Source: an uncultured Candidatus Saccharibacteria bacterium
Lineage (GTDB): Bacteria; Patescibacteriota; Minisyncoccia; Phycocordibacterales; CAIZLB01
Length of the DNA stretch: 64,000 bases
NCBI GenBank assembly: GCA_964368945.1
Contig: CAYJDM010000005.1
Span: forward strand, 22,699 to 86,698
Direction of reading: 5' to 3'
The notes under the pieces were generated by a model that was not told the DNA's origin, made no database searches, and was given only the letters and a program-made list of their open reading frames with translations. Below are positions 8,797 through 18,730 of this stretch, one piece after another; within the stretch, counting starts at the first letter, position 1; every line of letters starts with the position of its first letter. The position numbers and the translations under genes are program-made.

Positions 8797-10662
8797 CTAT
8801 TTGCCAAAGACCCCTTTGAGGAATTCGGCAACCTTAGGGTATGCATCGAGACGGTTCTTGAGCTTGCTGAGGCCATGGCCTTCATCATGATAGACAAGCA
8901 GCTCTGCCCTGCCTCCTTGCGCGGTGATCTTTTCGACGATCTGCTCTGCCTCATTCAAAGGAACGCGAGGATCATTGGCTCCATGGATTACGAAGAGCGG
9001 CGCCTTTATTTTTTCTATATGATTGATGGGAGAAATATCATGCAAAAGCTGACGATCCGTAGCGAGCGATCCATATTCAGCCTCGCGAATCGCGCGACGA
9101 TATGATGCTGTATTCTCGAGGAATGTGACGAAGTTCGCGATGCCTACGACATCGATTCCGCCAACCCAGCGATCCGGATGAAAAGCGAGACCGGCAAGCG
9201 TCATATATCCGCCATAGCTTCCGCCCATCAGGACGACCTTATTCGCATCAAGTTCCGGCATCGTCTTTATATGATCATGCAGCGATGCGATATCGCTCAC
9301 GGAGTCGAGCCGCTTTTCGACATCGTCCATTGCGAGATATTTCTTTCCATAGCCAGCGCCGCCTCTGACATTCGGTGCAATGACCGCATATCCCTGATAT
9401 ACGAAATATTGAATGAGCAAAGCGAGATTCGGCTGGAATTGCGATTCCGGCCCGCCATGGATATGAATGATGACAGGAACTTTTTCATCGCTCACATTGT
9501 TTGCGGCGGCGGGATTTTTTGGCAGGTATAAAAAAGCAGGGACGCTTAGGCCATCGAATGATTCGTACCTGAATAATGCAGGCTCGACGAGATCTTCTGG
9601 CAGAACACCTTGTGCGGTATTGGTAATAGGCCAGCTTTTCTTTTCATCGATCGAATACATCCAGATATTCGTCGCATGTCGTGAATCATTCGTCGTGACG
9701 ATGAGATTCTTTGAATCGCGGGAAAACCTGCATGAAGTAATAGTCGTCTCCTCAGACAAGCCGGTCAATGGGACAGGAATAAAATTATCGGCATTTCGCG
9801 CATTATTCGAAATATCGAATAAGCGGAGTTTTTCATATCCATCTTCATTGATCTGAACAGCGAGATATTTGCCATCCAGAGATATTGTGCAGCCATTCAC
9901 ATCCCAATCCGGCGTCATGATATATGCGAATTCTTTTTTCCCAATATCAAAAAAGCTCAGGCCACGAAAGTCCCTGCCTTTATCTGTCCTGGTAAAAAAT
10001 CCGCTCTCATCAGGAAGCCATGATGCGCCGCCAAAATATTCCGATCCTTCATGGGCATTGATATGCTCGATCGCTGTTTTTCGCCCTTCAGCATCGAGCG
10101 TAATGAGATAAAGATCCTTGTCCGTATTGGTATTGCTTGTCCTTACCAGCAGATACGATCTGTCGGGAGAAAAGCCCGCTGAATGTGAATCTCCGCCCTT
10201 ATCGAATACGCAATGGCTTTCGCCCGTCTCCATATTCATCAAATAGACATCGAAATCGGTTCCATTTCGTCCATTGTGAGAAAATGAGATGAATTTGCCA
10301 TCTCGAGAAAAGCTCCCGAATGAATGCTTGATTTTAGGATTGTCAGTCAGTGCCTTGGTCGACTTGGTTTCGAGATCATAGAGATAGAATTGCACCTGCT
10401 CATCGCCTCCTTTGTCTTTGCCATAGATGATCTGATTTTTGGTCGGAGAAAAAAGCGCGAAGTCGAGCGCGCCATCGTACGAAGTCAGCTGTTCTGCTTT
10501 GGCGTGATCATCGTCTTTGCCTATCCCTTCGCTCGAAATCAGATAGAGCTGATGCGTACCGCTGGCATTATTGAGAAAAGAAATCAGGCTGCCATCATGA
10601 TTGATCGACAGTGAGCCCGAAGCCTGCACTTTGAGAAAATCACTGATTTGATAGGTTTTCAT
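8797..10662 (-). CDS. S9-family serine peptidase (prolyl oligopeptidase / acylaminoacyl-peptidase-like) with N-terminal beta-propeller
   Basis: C-terminal alpha/beta-hydrolase with GGSYGGYMT nucleophile elbow and a later D and H (HGANDPRV...HGL). The N-terminal repeats look like a TolB/WD40-like propeller. Confidence 0.85.
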   Translation of the reverse strand: MKTYQISDFLKVQASGSLSINHDGSLISFLNNASGTHQLYLISSEGIGKDDDHAKAEQLTSYDGALDFALFSPTKNQIIYGKDKGGDEQVQFYLYDLETKSTKALTDNPKIKHSFGSFSRDGKFISFSHNGRNGTDFDVYLMNMETGESHCVFDKGGDSHSAGFSPDRSYLLVRTSNTNTDKDLYLITLDAEGRKTAIEHINAHEGSEYFGGASWLPDESGFFTRTDKGRDFRGLSFFDIGKKEFAYIMTPDWDVNGCTISLDGKYLAVQINEDGYEKLRLFDISNNARNADNFIPVPLTGLSEETTITSCRFSRDSKNLIVTTNDSRHATNIWMYSIDEKKSWPITNTAQGVLPEDLVEPALFRYESFDGLSVPAFLYLPKNPAAANNVSDEKVPVIIHIHGGPESQFQPNLALLIQYFVYQGYAVIAPNVRGGAGYGKKYLAMDDVEKRLDSVSDIASLHDHIKTMPELDANKVVLMGGSYGGYMTLAGLAFHPDRWVGGIDVVGIANFVTFLENTASYRRAIREAEYGSLATDRQLLHDISPINHIEKIKAPLFVIHGANDPRVPLNEAEQIVEKITAQGGRAELLVYHDEGHGLSKLKNRLDAYPKVAEFLKGVFGK

Positions 10663-10743
10663 TTCGAGTAATTATACATGCTTGGACGGCTTTCGCATGC
10701 GTCCTTATAAGCCCTTATGCATCCTTATGCGACGCGAGAGCTA

Positions 10744-10775
10744 TTGATTTTTTACATAAAATATGCTGTAGTATA
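10744..10775 (+). promoter_or_regulatory. Putative promoter TTGATT-TTTTACATAAAA...TAGTAT upstream of the secreted-protein gene
   Basis: TTGATT -35-like hexamer and a downstream TAGTAT/TATAT -10-like element. It shares an 18-nt motif TTGAYTTTTTACATAAAA with the promoter at 51014. Confidence 0.35.
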
Positions 10776-10835
10776 TCCGATTACGGCAAGCAATTCCCGC
10801 CCCGTCATCGCTTCATACACCCAGCCAACTCTAAT

Positions 10836-12056
10836 ATGAAACAGTACATTAACTGGCGCCCCATGGCGCTTTTCGCATCTCTCTTCGCTTTCGCCGTGAC
10901 CATCTCCGGCTCCCTGCTCGGCGGCAATACTGCCGCGGCACAAGACTCGACCCTCACGCTGTCGGAACCGCAGATGCAAATCCCGTCGAGGGCGATACGG
11001 ATCAATCCCGAATACGGCGCTTATACTGTGCCGATGATGCTCGCGGCCTTCAAGGCCGAGACAGGCGACCTCAAGGTCAAGCGCATCTATGTCGAGGCCG
11101 ACTCCCTTGCCGTTAATACGTATTATCTCTACAATGGCAATACATTCATCGCCGCCACCGGCGTTGATCCAACACAGGAGACATTCATCGAAGCGAATAC
11201 CATCATGGCGAAGGATACGCTCTTAATGCCGACCATCAAGGTCAATCTGCGCGAAGACGCTCAGACAGCAAGCCCGACAGGCGCCGTCAGCATCAGAATC
11301 AAGCGGGTCACTTATGAGAAACCCGACGGATCCGAAGGCGTGGTGCAGTCGAATATCATCGGTCGCTCCATGTACCCCATGGAATCCGGTGCGATCTACA
11401 CCCTCCGCAGCGCTCCGACGATCACTGCCACCACGCATATGAATGGCACCACATCATCAGTCATCGCGACCTTCTCATTCGATATGCAGGCTTTCGGCGA
11501 TACGGTTCTGATGCCGACGCCGGACCTGTACCATATCCGCCTCACCGATCTCGACGGAGTCGATCAATATCTGATGCCAAGCATTGGAGTAGTTACCATG
11601 CCAAGCTCCGATCTCGGAGACGGATCCGTTTCAACGGTAACCGTAACGGCAAGCCTGACCGGCAATGCCATCCGCAAATCCGGCCTGTACAAGGCACGTC
11701 TCGAGCAAGTCGGATGGAAAATCGGACAGGCGACCACGCTCCAAACCTGGGGCCTGGATGATGCTGTCACCGGCATCCTGCAGATCAATTCCAATGATGT
11801 CGCGAATACTCGGATCACCGACATTCGCGCCAATGCTGATCAGACCCTGACGATAACGGCGGTCATCCCCGCCTTCGGCTATCTGCTGCAGCATTCGCCG
11901 GATATGGTCAATTGGTCGAATAATAATCCGCCAAACACCACGCGCACATTGATGAGCGTCGCACCGAACGGCATGCAGACGTTTGAGATCCGCACGCCGA
12001 TGCCGGCAGGCGCTGCCAAGCGCTTCTTCCGCATCGCGGTGACGCCTCAGCAATGA
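10836..12056 (+). CDS. Secreted hypothetical protein (signal peptide, 406 aa)
   Basis: Classic signal peptide MKQYINWRPMALFASLFAFAVTISGSLLG. No recognised domain. A terminator follows. Confidence 0.55.
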   Translation: MKQYINWRPMALFASLFAFAVTISGSLLGGNTAAAQDSTLTLSEPQMQIPSRAIRINPEYGAYTVPMMLAAFKAETGDLKVKRIYVEADSLAVNTYYLYNGNTFIAATGVDPTQETFIEANTIMAKDTLLMPTIKVNLREDAQTASPTGAVSIRIKRVTYEKPDGSEGVVQSNIIGRSMYPMESGAIYTLRSAPTITATTHMNGTTSSVIATFSFDMQAFGDTVLMPTPDLYHIRLTDLDGVDQYLMPSIGVVTMPSSDLGDGSVSTVTVTASLTGNAIRKSGLYKARLEQVGWKIGQATTLQTWGLDDAVTGILQINSNDVANTRITDIRANADQTLTITAVIPAFGYLLQHSPDMVNWSNNNPPNTTRTLMSVAPNGMQTFEIRTPMPAGAAKRFFRIAVTPQQ

Positions 12057-12100
12057 TGCCGGGCATCTGGCATGCATTGAAATTCAAGACAAAAAAACAA

Positions 12101-12126
12101 GGCCGGCTTCCTCGCGGAAGCCGGCC
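12101..12126. terminator. Bidirectional intrinsic terminator (GGCCGGCTTCC tcgc GGAAGCCGGCC)
   Basis: 11-bp perfect stem. A-run upstream and T-run downstream. Between convergent genes. Confidence 0.65.
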
Positions 12127-12149
12127 CTATCTTTTTATAAAATCTATTC

Positions 12150-12578
12150 CTATTTGCTTGTCATATCCGTGTTCACTACGTTCGCATCGACAGTCGGCTT
12201 TGCTATTTGCTTTTTTACAAAAAACTTCGCGCCCAGCCACACAGAAGGCACCGACAAAATGACGAGCGCCCAAGGATACCAAATTGGTCCGAGATGACCA
12301 TTGGCAAGCGCGCCCATGGTCCCGAAGACGATTCCGATGCAGCCAAAGACGATCGCATGCTTCATGGGATTTTGCGGCGCCATCCTGGCGACGATATATC
12401 CTCCGAGGATCGTATAGACGGTTCGATACAAGAGAGCGAGCAAAAATGGCGCCGTCGCGAATGATATTCCGGTAGGCATAAGGCCTGCCCTTTCGAGGAG
12501 CATATCTGTTGCCACGGAAAGAGCGACGACGGCAATGAATCCGTAAACCACCGCTCTGATGCTTTTGATTGTATTCAT
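12150..12578 (-). CDS. Small integral membrane protein (4 predicted TM helices), function unknown
   Basis: Hydrophobic segments throughout (IRAVVYGFIAVVALSVATDML; APFLLALLYRTVYTILGGYIV; IVFGCIGIVFGTMGALA; WALVILSVPSVWLGAKFF). Confidence 0.5.
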   Translation of the reverse strand: MNTIKSIRAVVYGFIAVVALSVATDMLLERAGLMPTGISFATAPFLLALLYRTVYTILGGYIVARMAPQNPMKHAIVFGCIGIVFGTMGALANGHLGPIWYPWALVILSVPSVWLGAKFFVKKQIAKPTVDANVVNTDMTSK

Positions 12579-12581
12579 ATA

Positions 12582-13262
12582 TCAGATGATAGCAGATTCA
12601 TTGATGCGTCGCACGATTTCATCCCAAGAAAAGACCCTCTCGACATTCGCAGGCAAAACGCCGTCGGGTATCTCGATTCCCTGCTTTGTCATTTCCTTTT
12701 TGATCGATTCGATGGCATTCCATGGGGTATCGAGGAGAAAAGCCGTCTTTACGCAAGGGCTGACATCCAGAATGTTCTTATAGTGATCGTCGATGAAATA
12801 ATCTATGCGCAGATCCGCGCATATATGGGATTTCTTTTTTCGCCTTTCGACAATCTCATGATGAGGATTGGTAAAAACAATATCGCGAAATATGCCCGGC
12901 AGGTTTTTATCAATCCACCTATGCGTAATCTCCGCCCTATCGTCTCCGCGCGCAGTCACGATGACCAGATCATGATGCTGCGCTAGCGCTTTCACCCCTT
13001 CTATCGCCCCGTCGATCGCCGGGCCATGATGATGCATATCTGTGGCGCAAAATTCATTGACGAAGGCCTCCTCGGTGATTTTGTCCAAGCCCCAAAGAAA
13101 GCCCATATAATATTCATGCTGCTCATCCCTCTTGAATGCGGTGCCATATTTCTGATTGATGAACTCGCGCAAATCATCTGCCAGATTGTATACGACATCG
13201 TCGAAATCGATGCCTATGGTTTTGCGGGGTATGGGAGATTGCGGGTTTTCGGCGGGTGTCAT
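12582..13262 (-). CDS. HAD-superfamily hydrolase, 5'(3')-deoxyribonucleotidase (NT5C/YorS)-like
   Basis: HAD motif I IGIDFDDVV, motif II VIVTAR, motif IV YFIDD. Size and layout resemble the NT5C family. Confidence 0.5.
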   Translation of the reverse strand: MTPAENPQSPIPRKTIGIDFDDVVYNLADDLREFINQKYGTAFKRDEQHEYYMGFLWGLDKITEEAFVNEFCATDMHHHGPAIDGAIEGVKALAQHHDLVIVTARGDDRAEITHRWIDKNLPGIFRDIVFTNPHHEIVERRKKKSHICADLRIDYFIDDHYKNILDVSPCVKTAFLLDTPWNAIESIKKEMTKQGIEIPDGVLPANVERVFSWDEIVRRINESAII

Positions 13263-13837
13263 GCTGGTAGTATATCCAAATGCCCCTTATCATTCCACCC
13301 CATGATGCGCCACTTGTTTTTGTCAGAATTGAAGACGAATGTCGATATGCCCGCATTCTCTAGGACCAAAACATCCTGCATTTTTGCGAGAAGCTCCGGC
13401 GTCAGCGAATCCCCGATGAGGAGATATGCGAGCAATGCCTTGAGGAAAATGGCATGGCTTACGACAACTATATGCCGCCGGCTCTCATCCACCTGCTCAA
13501 GCAGGGCTTTCGTATCGGCAAGCCTCTTGATCAAAACTTCATATGGTTCGTGAAATTCCCAATTGCCTTTTTCATTCGGCGAGGCTTTCACCTCTTTCAA
13601 AAATCCATATGCCACGGGTTGGATGCCAGTGACTCTCTCGATCTCCTGCCCGGTCTGCCGCGCGCGAAGGATATTGCTCGTATATATGACATCAATCGAT
13701 ACGCCCTTGAATTGATCGGCAACCGCAATTGCCTGAGCGCAGCCTTTTTCAGTAAGCGAATCCTCTGCCCCATCATGATCGGGATTTATATTGGATTGGC
13801 ATTCGGCATGCCTGACGATGTATACGGTGATTCTCAT
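13259..13837 (-). CDS. Histidine phosphatase family protein (phosphoglycerate-mutase-like)
   Basis: VYIVRHAECQSN (RHG-type catalytic His), LRARQTGQ, VVVSHAIFLKAL. Confidence 0.7.
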   Translation of the reverse strand: MRITVYIVRHAECQSNINPDHDGAEDSLTEKGCAQAIAVADQFKGVSIDVIYTSNILRARQTGQEIERVTGIQPVAYGFLKEVKASPNEKGNWEFHEPYEVLIKRLADTKALLEQVDESRRHIVVVSHAIFLKALLAYLLIGDSLTPELLAKMQDVLVLENAGISTFVFNSDKNKWRIMGWNDKGHLDILPA

Positions 13838-13850
13838 GATTCAGCGTGAA

Positions 13851-14519
13851 TTAGGAATACATCTCCGCGATCTTCCGCCTCGTCTTTTCGACCATCGCCC
13901 AAGCGACTTCCTGATCGATATCGCGATCGAATTCGAGCTTTCCGCCTGAATAATCCAGCGGCGCAATCACCTTGGTCTTGTACTCAGTGTCGATATCTTT
14001 TTTCACAATAAACGTCACGGCAAAATCGCTCATGCTCTTCGAAGAATGAAATGCGCCCTTTGGAACTTCGTAATCATTATTCTGATTGACGATATCCGCC
14101 TGCTCCATCGTATATGAAATCACCTCATCTGATGCGATCTGATTCCCGGCCCCATCGCCTCTAAAAATGCGAAATCCGCCCCCTTCATCCGGCCAAGTGC
14201 CATACATGCTATTCATGATCTTCCCGACAAGAACGAAGCTGTGTATACCGAATGCATGGTCATGTATTTCGAACATATCCGGACTGCGCTTCGGAAGCGT
14301 CGCATCCCAAATATGCAGCTGATATATGCCGGCACGCTTGTTCATATATGCATCCCCGCCTGTGTTGCCGCCCATATCCAAGCTGAGCTGCAGGAAGCCG
14401 TTGGGATGCAGGGTGATTTTTTTATCCTGCTTTTGGCGCATCTCTATCGCCTTGTCTATCATTGCCAAAACATCCGAGATCTTCAGCCCTTCGAAATCAA
14501 ATGTGAATTCCATATGCAT
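13851..14519 (-). CDS. Hypothetical protein, possibly cupin-like
   Basis: ORF trimmed to the internal ATG (MHMEF). The HDH..GIHSF stretch is weakly cupin-like. No confident family. Confidence 0.4.
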   Translation of the reverse strand: MHMEFTFDFEGLKISDVLAMIDKAIEMRQKQDKKITLHPNGFLQLSLDMGGNTGGDAYMNKRAGIYQLHIWDATLPKRSPDMFEIHDHAFGIHSFVLVGKIMNSMYGTWPDEGGGFRIFRGDGAGNQIASDEVISYTMEQADIVNQNNDYEVPKGAFHSSKSMSDFAVTFIVKKDIDTEYKTKVIAPLDYSGGKLEFDRDIDQEVAWAMVEKTRRKIAEMYS

Positions 14520-14583
14520 ACCAGTATACCCAAAAACCGCCACCTGAGTAGATGACGGTTTTGGCACGATTGATGCTGCTGCG

Positions 14584-14793
14584 CTACTTATTGAGCTGAT
14601 GCAATTCGCCCTCCGTTCGCTCGATGGCATCGGCATTCGCTTCGCGATCCTTTTCCAGCTTCTCCTTTTCTGCCTCAAGCTCGTTCTCGCGCTCTTCTCT
14701 CAACTGCTCCAATTCCTGCTCCCGTTTTTCATTCACTTCCTTGCTCGCCAATTCTTCCTTTTCCATATTCTTTACCTCGTCTGTTGTTGTCAT
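14584..14793 (-). CDS. Small (69 aa) highly charged coiled-coil protein
   Basis: E/K/R-rich heptad-like sequence (EKREQELEQLREERENELEAEKEKLEKD). It could be a real small gene or a low-complexity artefact. Confidence 0.3.
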   Translation of the reverse strand: MTTTDEVKNMEKEELASKEVNEKREQELEQLREERENELEAEKEKLEKDREANADAIERTEGELHQLNK

Positions 14794-14954
14794 ATATGTA
14801 TTAATTATGGCTAAAAAACCCGGGCCGATGCAACAGCTTCATGAACCCTAGAAATCTGGGCTGCATCGCCTCCTACATGCTCAGCCTAACCCCTGGCCGG
14901 ATCTATTCAAGCAAGTTATGCAGGTTTTGCGAGAAATGCTTAATGCGAAGTTAA

Positions 14955-15608
14955 TTATCCAATACGCACAGTTTCCCCTTCCCCGACAATATCGACCTTA
15001 CCATCCACGACCTTCAGTGCCGTATGATCATCGGTTGAATATACAGGATGCGCATAATGCGCCTTATTCGACTCGAGGTTTTCCTTTCTCACATGCTGAA
15101 AATAATCCGAATTGAGATGCGGGACGAAAATGAAATCCACATATCCGAAAGGATGCGCCAATTCTTCGAATGACTCCTCCGGATAGACGATGCTCATCAA
15201 ATCATGCGTAAGGAATTGCCCCATCACCATGCTGCCGGCGCTGATCCCCATATAGACTTTTGTTTTGAGCAATTCGGGTAGCATATCTGCAAGCCCTGTA
15301 TCTCGCATTGCTTTTGCGAGGTATTGCTCATTTCCTCCTCCAAAGCAGATCAGATCCGCGGCTTCCAAATGCGGCAGCCACTCTTCTTTTGACAAGCCTG
15401 CAATATCCAGAATATCGATTCGCTTGAACTGTTGCTTTTGGAATTCGACGAGATTATCGATAAGCCATGTCTTGTCATCAACGAATGAATTCGCAGCAGT
15501 TGGGATGAATAAAGCACAGATCTCATTTGCAGGCTTCCCAACGAGTTCGACAACCGCCTTGGCGATATGGTCATTGGTGATTCCGGCTGATGTGAGGAGG
15601 AGTTTCAT
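14955..15608 (-). CDS. Peptidase S51 family (dipeptidase E / cyanophycinase-like)
   Basis: MKLLLTSAG start and GISAGSMVMG nucleophile-elbow region, typical of peptidase E. Confidence 0.7.
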   Translation of the reverse strand: MKLLLTSAGITNDHIAKAVVELVGKPANEICALFIPTAANSFVDDKTWLIDNLVEFQKQQFKRIDILDIAGLSKEEWLPHLEAADLICFGGGNEQYLAKAMRDTGLADMLPELLKTKVYMGISAGSMVMGQFLTHDLMSIVYPEESFEELAHPFGYVDFIFVPHLNSDYFQHVRKENLESNKAHYAHPVYSTDDHTALKVVDGKVDIVGEGETVRIG

Positions 15609-15625
15609 ATTGATATATATTAGGA

Positions 15626-16240
15626 TTAGTTTTGCTTATCTTTTTCCCTTGTCTTTGCTTTCGCTTCTTTTGCCAGGTGTTTCTTGTATTTCAAGTATTC
15701 ATTGAGGCTCATATACGTTTTTGGATCCGCCTTATCGGTAAAAAGGATGCCATCAAGATGATCGAGTTCATGCTGAATGATGCGCGCCAAGAGGCCGCTG
15801 GCATCAAGGGTAAAGGGTATGCCTTTTTCATCAAATGCCTTTACGGTAACCGACTCGGGGCGATTGACCATGGCGAAGAGCTGGCCATTCACGACGCTGC
15901 CGCAGCCCTCCCATCCCTTGATCTTCTTTTTTGAGAAAGATGTGATCTTGGGATTGATGAAAATGCGAAGCGGATCTTCTGTGCCTTTGGCGATCTTTCG
16001 CTTCTTGGTCGTCTTGATTTCCGATATGAAAATGCGAGTGCTTTTGCCGATCTGCGGAGCTGCCATTCCCACGAGATCGTTGTGGCGCATTGAGTCCACG
16101 AGATCGCGAACCGTTGCCACATCTTGAGATGAGAGGTGCTTTGTCTTTTTCTCTATTTTTTTATTGAGAAAAAACTTCACGGGCTTTGCCTTTGCCCTAA
16201 TGACGCTATTGCCTGCTTGGACTGCTTCTTTGATTGCCAT
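15626..16240 (-). CDS. def: Peptide deformylase
   Basis: Motifs GMAAPQIG (motif 1), EGCGS (motif 2), QHELDHLDG (motif 3). Start set at the internal MAIKEAV. Confidence 0.8.
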   Translation of the reverse strand: MAIKEAVQAGNSVIRAKAKPVKFFLNKKIEKKTKHLSSQDVATVRDLVDSMRHNDLVGMAAPQIGKSTRIFISEIKTTKKRKIAKGTEDPLRIFINPKITSFSKKKIKGWEGCGSVVNGQLFAMVNRPESVTVKAFDEKGIPFTLDASGLLARIIQHELDHLDGILFTDKADPKTYMSLNEYLKYKKHLAKEAKAKTREKDKQN

Positions 16241-16247
16241 GGTTTTT

Positions 16248-16637
16248 TTAAAAATTCTTAAATTCCTCGACAAGGCCGTCGACCGAATCGTAAAAGATAA
16301 TCTTGTCCGCTGTGCCTTCTATGGTATCCGAAATATCCGAGCCTGTCTTTGCGATGACCACGATCGGCTTGCCAATTGCTTTCGCGAAGCCGGTAGCCAC
16401 GCCGAGTCCTACGCCTTTTTCAGAAAATTCCACCAAGAGCATATCGACCCCTCGAATCGCTTCGAAATCCTGAGTCATGATCTGCTTATTCGTGAATTTC
16501 AATGCGCCCCATTGCTCGAAGTCTCGTACCGCAACGATAGACTCATGGCCGGCCTTTGTCAAGGCATCGGACAGGCTTTCTATGAATGCGCGATTGGACA
16601 GATCTGAATGAAATTTGATTGCGAGGTAGATTTTCAT
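16248..16637 (-). CDS. Nucleoside 2-deoxyribosyltransferase-like Rossmann protein
   Basis: MKIYLAIKFH start, 129 aa flavodoxin-like fold. Resembles the NDT / DUF4406 family. Assigned by pattern only. Confidence 0.45.
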   Translation of the reverse strand: MKIYLAIKFHSDLSNRAFIESLSDALTKAGHESIVAVRDFEQWGALKFTNKQIMTQDFEAIRGVDMLLVEFSEKGVGLGVATGFAKAIGKPIVVIAKTGSDISDTIEGTADKIIFYDSVDGLVEEFKNF

Positions 16638-16658
16638 ATATCGAGATTTTGCTAAGAT

Positions 16659-17177
16659 CTAAAAAGAAAACTCCACAACCGTCTTGAATGGCTGTACCGG
16701 CGGATCATATTCAGGAGAGCCTTCTTCGAACCCTTGTCGCTGGACCAAATATGCCGAATCCCCTTTCACGATCTTGAAGATATCTCCGAAGCCAGCAGCA
16801 TAGCACTGAACGGCCGTGGTGCTCGCAAGCTTCGCCCCTTTGAAATCTGGCAATTCATTGCAGCCGCCTGGAGCAGTAGCGATCACCATCATCTCGGATC
16901 GCCCATCAAGATATTTCGCAGTGAGACGAACATTTGTTTGAGGCAAACCGTCAGGATTGAGCGAATCATCAGCTTCGAATGACCATTTGAAATTCGGAGG
17001 CGTAGCCGTATCAGAATTAGCGGTGCTTGTGGCTGTCGGGATATCATTCGCCATCTCTATCGGCTTTTCTGAAGGATTTGAAAAATACATCCTATAGGCG
17101 AAAAATCCCACGACTATTACCAGTACGATGATGAGGAAATTTCCCAGAGCATTGGAAGGTTTTGGTTGCATGCTCAA
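16659..17177 (-). CDS. Membrane-anchored hypothetical protein
   Basis: N-terminal TM anchor (LGNFLIIVLVIVVGFFAYRMYF), then a soluble domain of unknown function. Confidence 0.45.
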   Translation of the reverse strand: MSMQPKPSNALGNFLIIVLVIVVGFFAYRMYFSNPSEKPIEMANDIPTATSTANSDTATPPNFKWSFEADDSLNPDGLPQTNVRLTAKYLDGRSEMMVIATAPGGCNELPDFKGAKLASTTAVQCYAAGFGDIFKIVKGDSAYLVQRQGFEEGSPEYDPPVQPFKTVVEFSF

Positions 17178-17345
17178 AGTATATCAGAGATCGACTCTGG
17201 AGGTTTTTGCCGAAAATAACACCAAATGCTATGCTGACTGCAGCGATAAATCCATCTCATACCTCCAGCGCGCCTGCTCGGCCCACAAACTGGATGATGG
17301 TCGCATATCAGAGCAGCTCTATTACGGATCATTCAATCACTATCT

Positions 17346-17537
17346 ATGACTGACTCAACGAATCTCAAGCATAAGGACTGGGAAGGAATTCCCGAAGGCC
17401 AGAAGGAATGGTGGATCGAGCATCAGCGCAATTGGCGAAGCTGGGGCTCATGGTTTTCTTGGGGATCGCCTGTAGGCCTCGGCCTCTGGTTCGTCCTCAT
17501 GGCAGCCGCATTCTGGATCGTTATGCAGGCAATCTAA
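17346..17537 (+). CDS. Small (63 aa) Trp-rich membrane protein
   Basis: A C-terminal TM helix (LGLWFVLMAAAFWIVMQAI). An intrinsic terminator follows immediately. Confidence 0.4.
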   Translation: MTDSTNLKHKDWEGIPEGQKEWWIEHQRNWRSWGSWFSWGSPVGLGLWFVLMAAAFWIVMQAI

Positions 17538-17551
17538 TTTAGGAAAAAAAC

Positions 17552-17580
17552 AAAACCGCCTTCGTGAAGAAGGCGGTTTT
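17552..17580. terminator. Bidirectional intrinsic terminator (AAAACCGCCTTC gtgaa GAAGGCGGTTTT)
   Basis: 12-bp perfect stem flanked by A-run and T-run. Between convergent genes. Confidence 0.65.
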
Positions 17581-17581
17581 G

Positions 17582-18730
17582 TTATTGATCTTTTTTATTC
17601 GAATTAAAGCATGTGGTAATTCCCAAAAGCATAGCATCGAGTTTTTCGCCGACGTTTGCCCAAGACAGATTTGCAGAAGCGAACGCTTCCGCCTCGACAC
17701 CTATCTCTTGCCTTTTTGCAGTATCAAGCAAGAACCCTCTGATCGTCGAAGTCAGCAAAGGCACATCATCCGGCTTAATCAAGATCCCGCTTTCCCCATT
17801 CTTTATCAGTTCTTCATTGCCCATCCCCTCTGAAGCGACTATGCAGGCACCTACAGCCATTGCTTCCGCAACGACCGTCATAAGGCCTTCTTTGTATACG
17901 GAAGGAAAAACACATAATGTCGAAGAGTAAAAATAATCTTGAACATTCTCGACAAAGCCCTCAAAATGTACCGAGTCTCTGATACCCGCATCCGCTGACA
18001 GCTTTATCATGTTTTCCTTCTCAGGACCATCGCCCAGAATCCATAACGATGCCTCGGGAAATTCTTTCTTTATACCAGCAAAAGAATGTATTAGGTTTTC
18101 AACGCCTTTTCCGAGAATGAGTCTGCCCGCGAAAACCAGATTGATGCCTTCCGGAAGCACACGATTGAGCACAGACGGTTTTTCGGCACCTTTTTGAATA
18201 ATGTAATTCAAAGGGACCTTGTTTCTATCGATTTTCTGCTGCCAGCGCCTCTTGACGTTCTCGCTATTCGATATGGTCGCATCGCAAAACGAAAGGAAGG
18301 CATTGTAAATTTCAATCTCATGTTCTGGATGACCACCGAGATAGACAGCGTTTGGGATATCGAGATTGCGAAAAACAGAATCCACTAAATAATAGCTGAG
18401 AGCGACGTCAGGCCGATCGTCTTTCATGACATTGTGAATCAGTATCGAAAACAATATCGTCTCGCGATCCCATCTGCTCTGATTCGATTCGGGCGCCTCA
18501 TCGTAGATATATCGATACTTGTCAGGAATGACCATTTCGACAATCCTAATTTGAGGATTGCTCTTTATGAATGCTTTGTATTGGGCTGAATACACATCAT
18601 CGACAGGTCGTATCGTATAGAGAATCACTTCATTGTCGAGGCGCGAGAGAAGCTCTGCATGCATCATGCACACCCTTTCGCTGCCACCGACATAATAGGA
18701 GACCCTTGGTTGGATTATGCCGATCTTCAT
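17582..18730 (-). CDS. Glycosyltransferase family 4 (GT-B, group 1)
   Basis: MKIGIIQPRVSYYVGGSERV N-terminus. C-terminal GT1 core (FAGRLILGKGVENLI...EGMGNEELI). Confidence 0.8.
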   Translation of the reverse strand: MKIGIIQPRVSYYVGGSERVCMMHAELLSRLDNEVILYTIRPVDDVYSAQYKAFIKSNPQIRIVEMVIPDKYRYIYDEAPESNQSRWDRETILFSILIHNVMKDDRPDVALSYYLVDSVFRNLDIPNAVYLGGHPEHEIEIYNAFLSFCDATISNSENVKRRWQQKIDRNKVPLNYIIQKGAEKPSVLNRVLPEGINLVFAGRLILGKGVENLIHSFAGIKKEFPEASLWILGDGPEKENMIKLSADAGIRDSVHFEGFVENVQDYFYSSTLCVFPSVYKEGLMTVVAEAMAVGACIVASEGMGNEELIKNGESGILIKPDDVPLLTSTIRGFLLDTAKRQEIGVEAEAFASANLSWANVGEKLDAMLLGITTCFNSNKKDQ

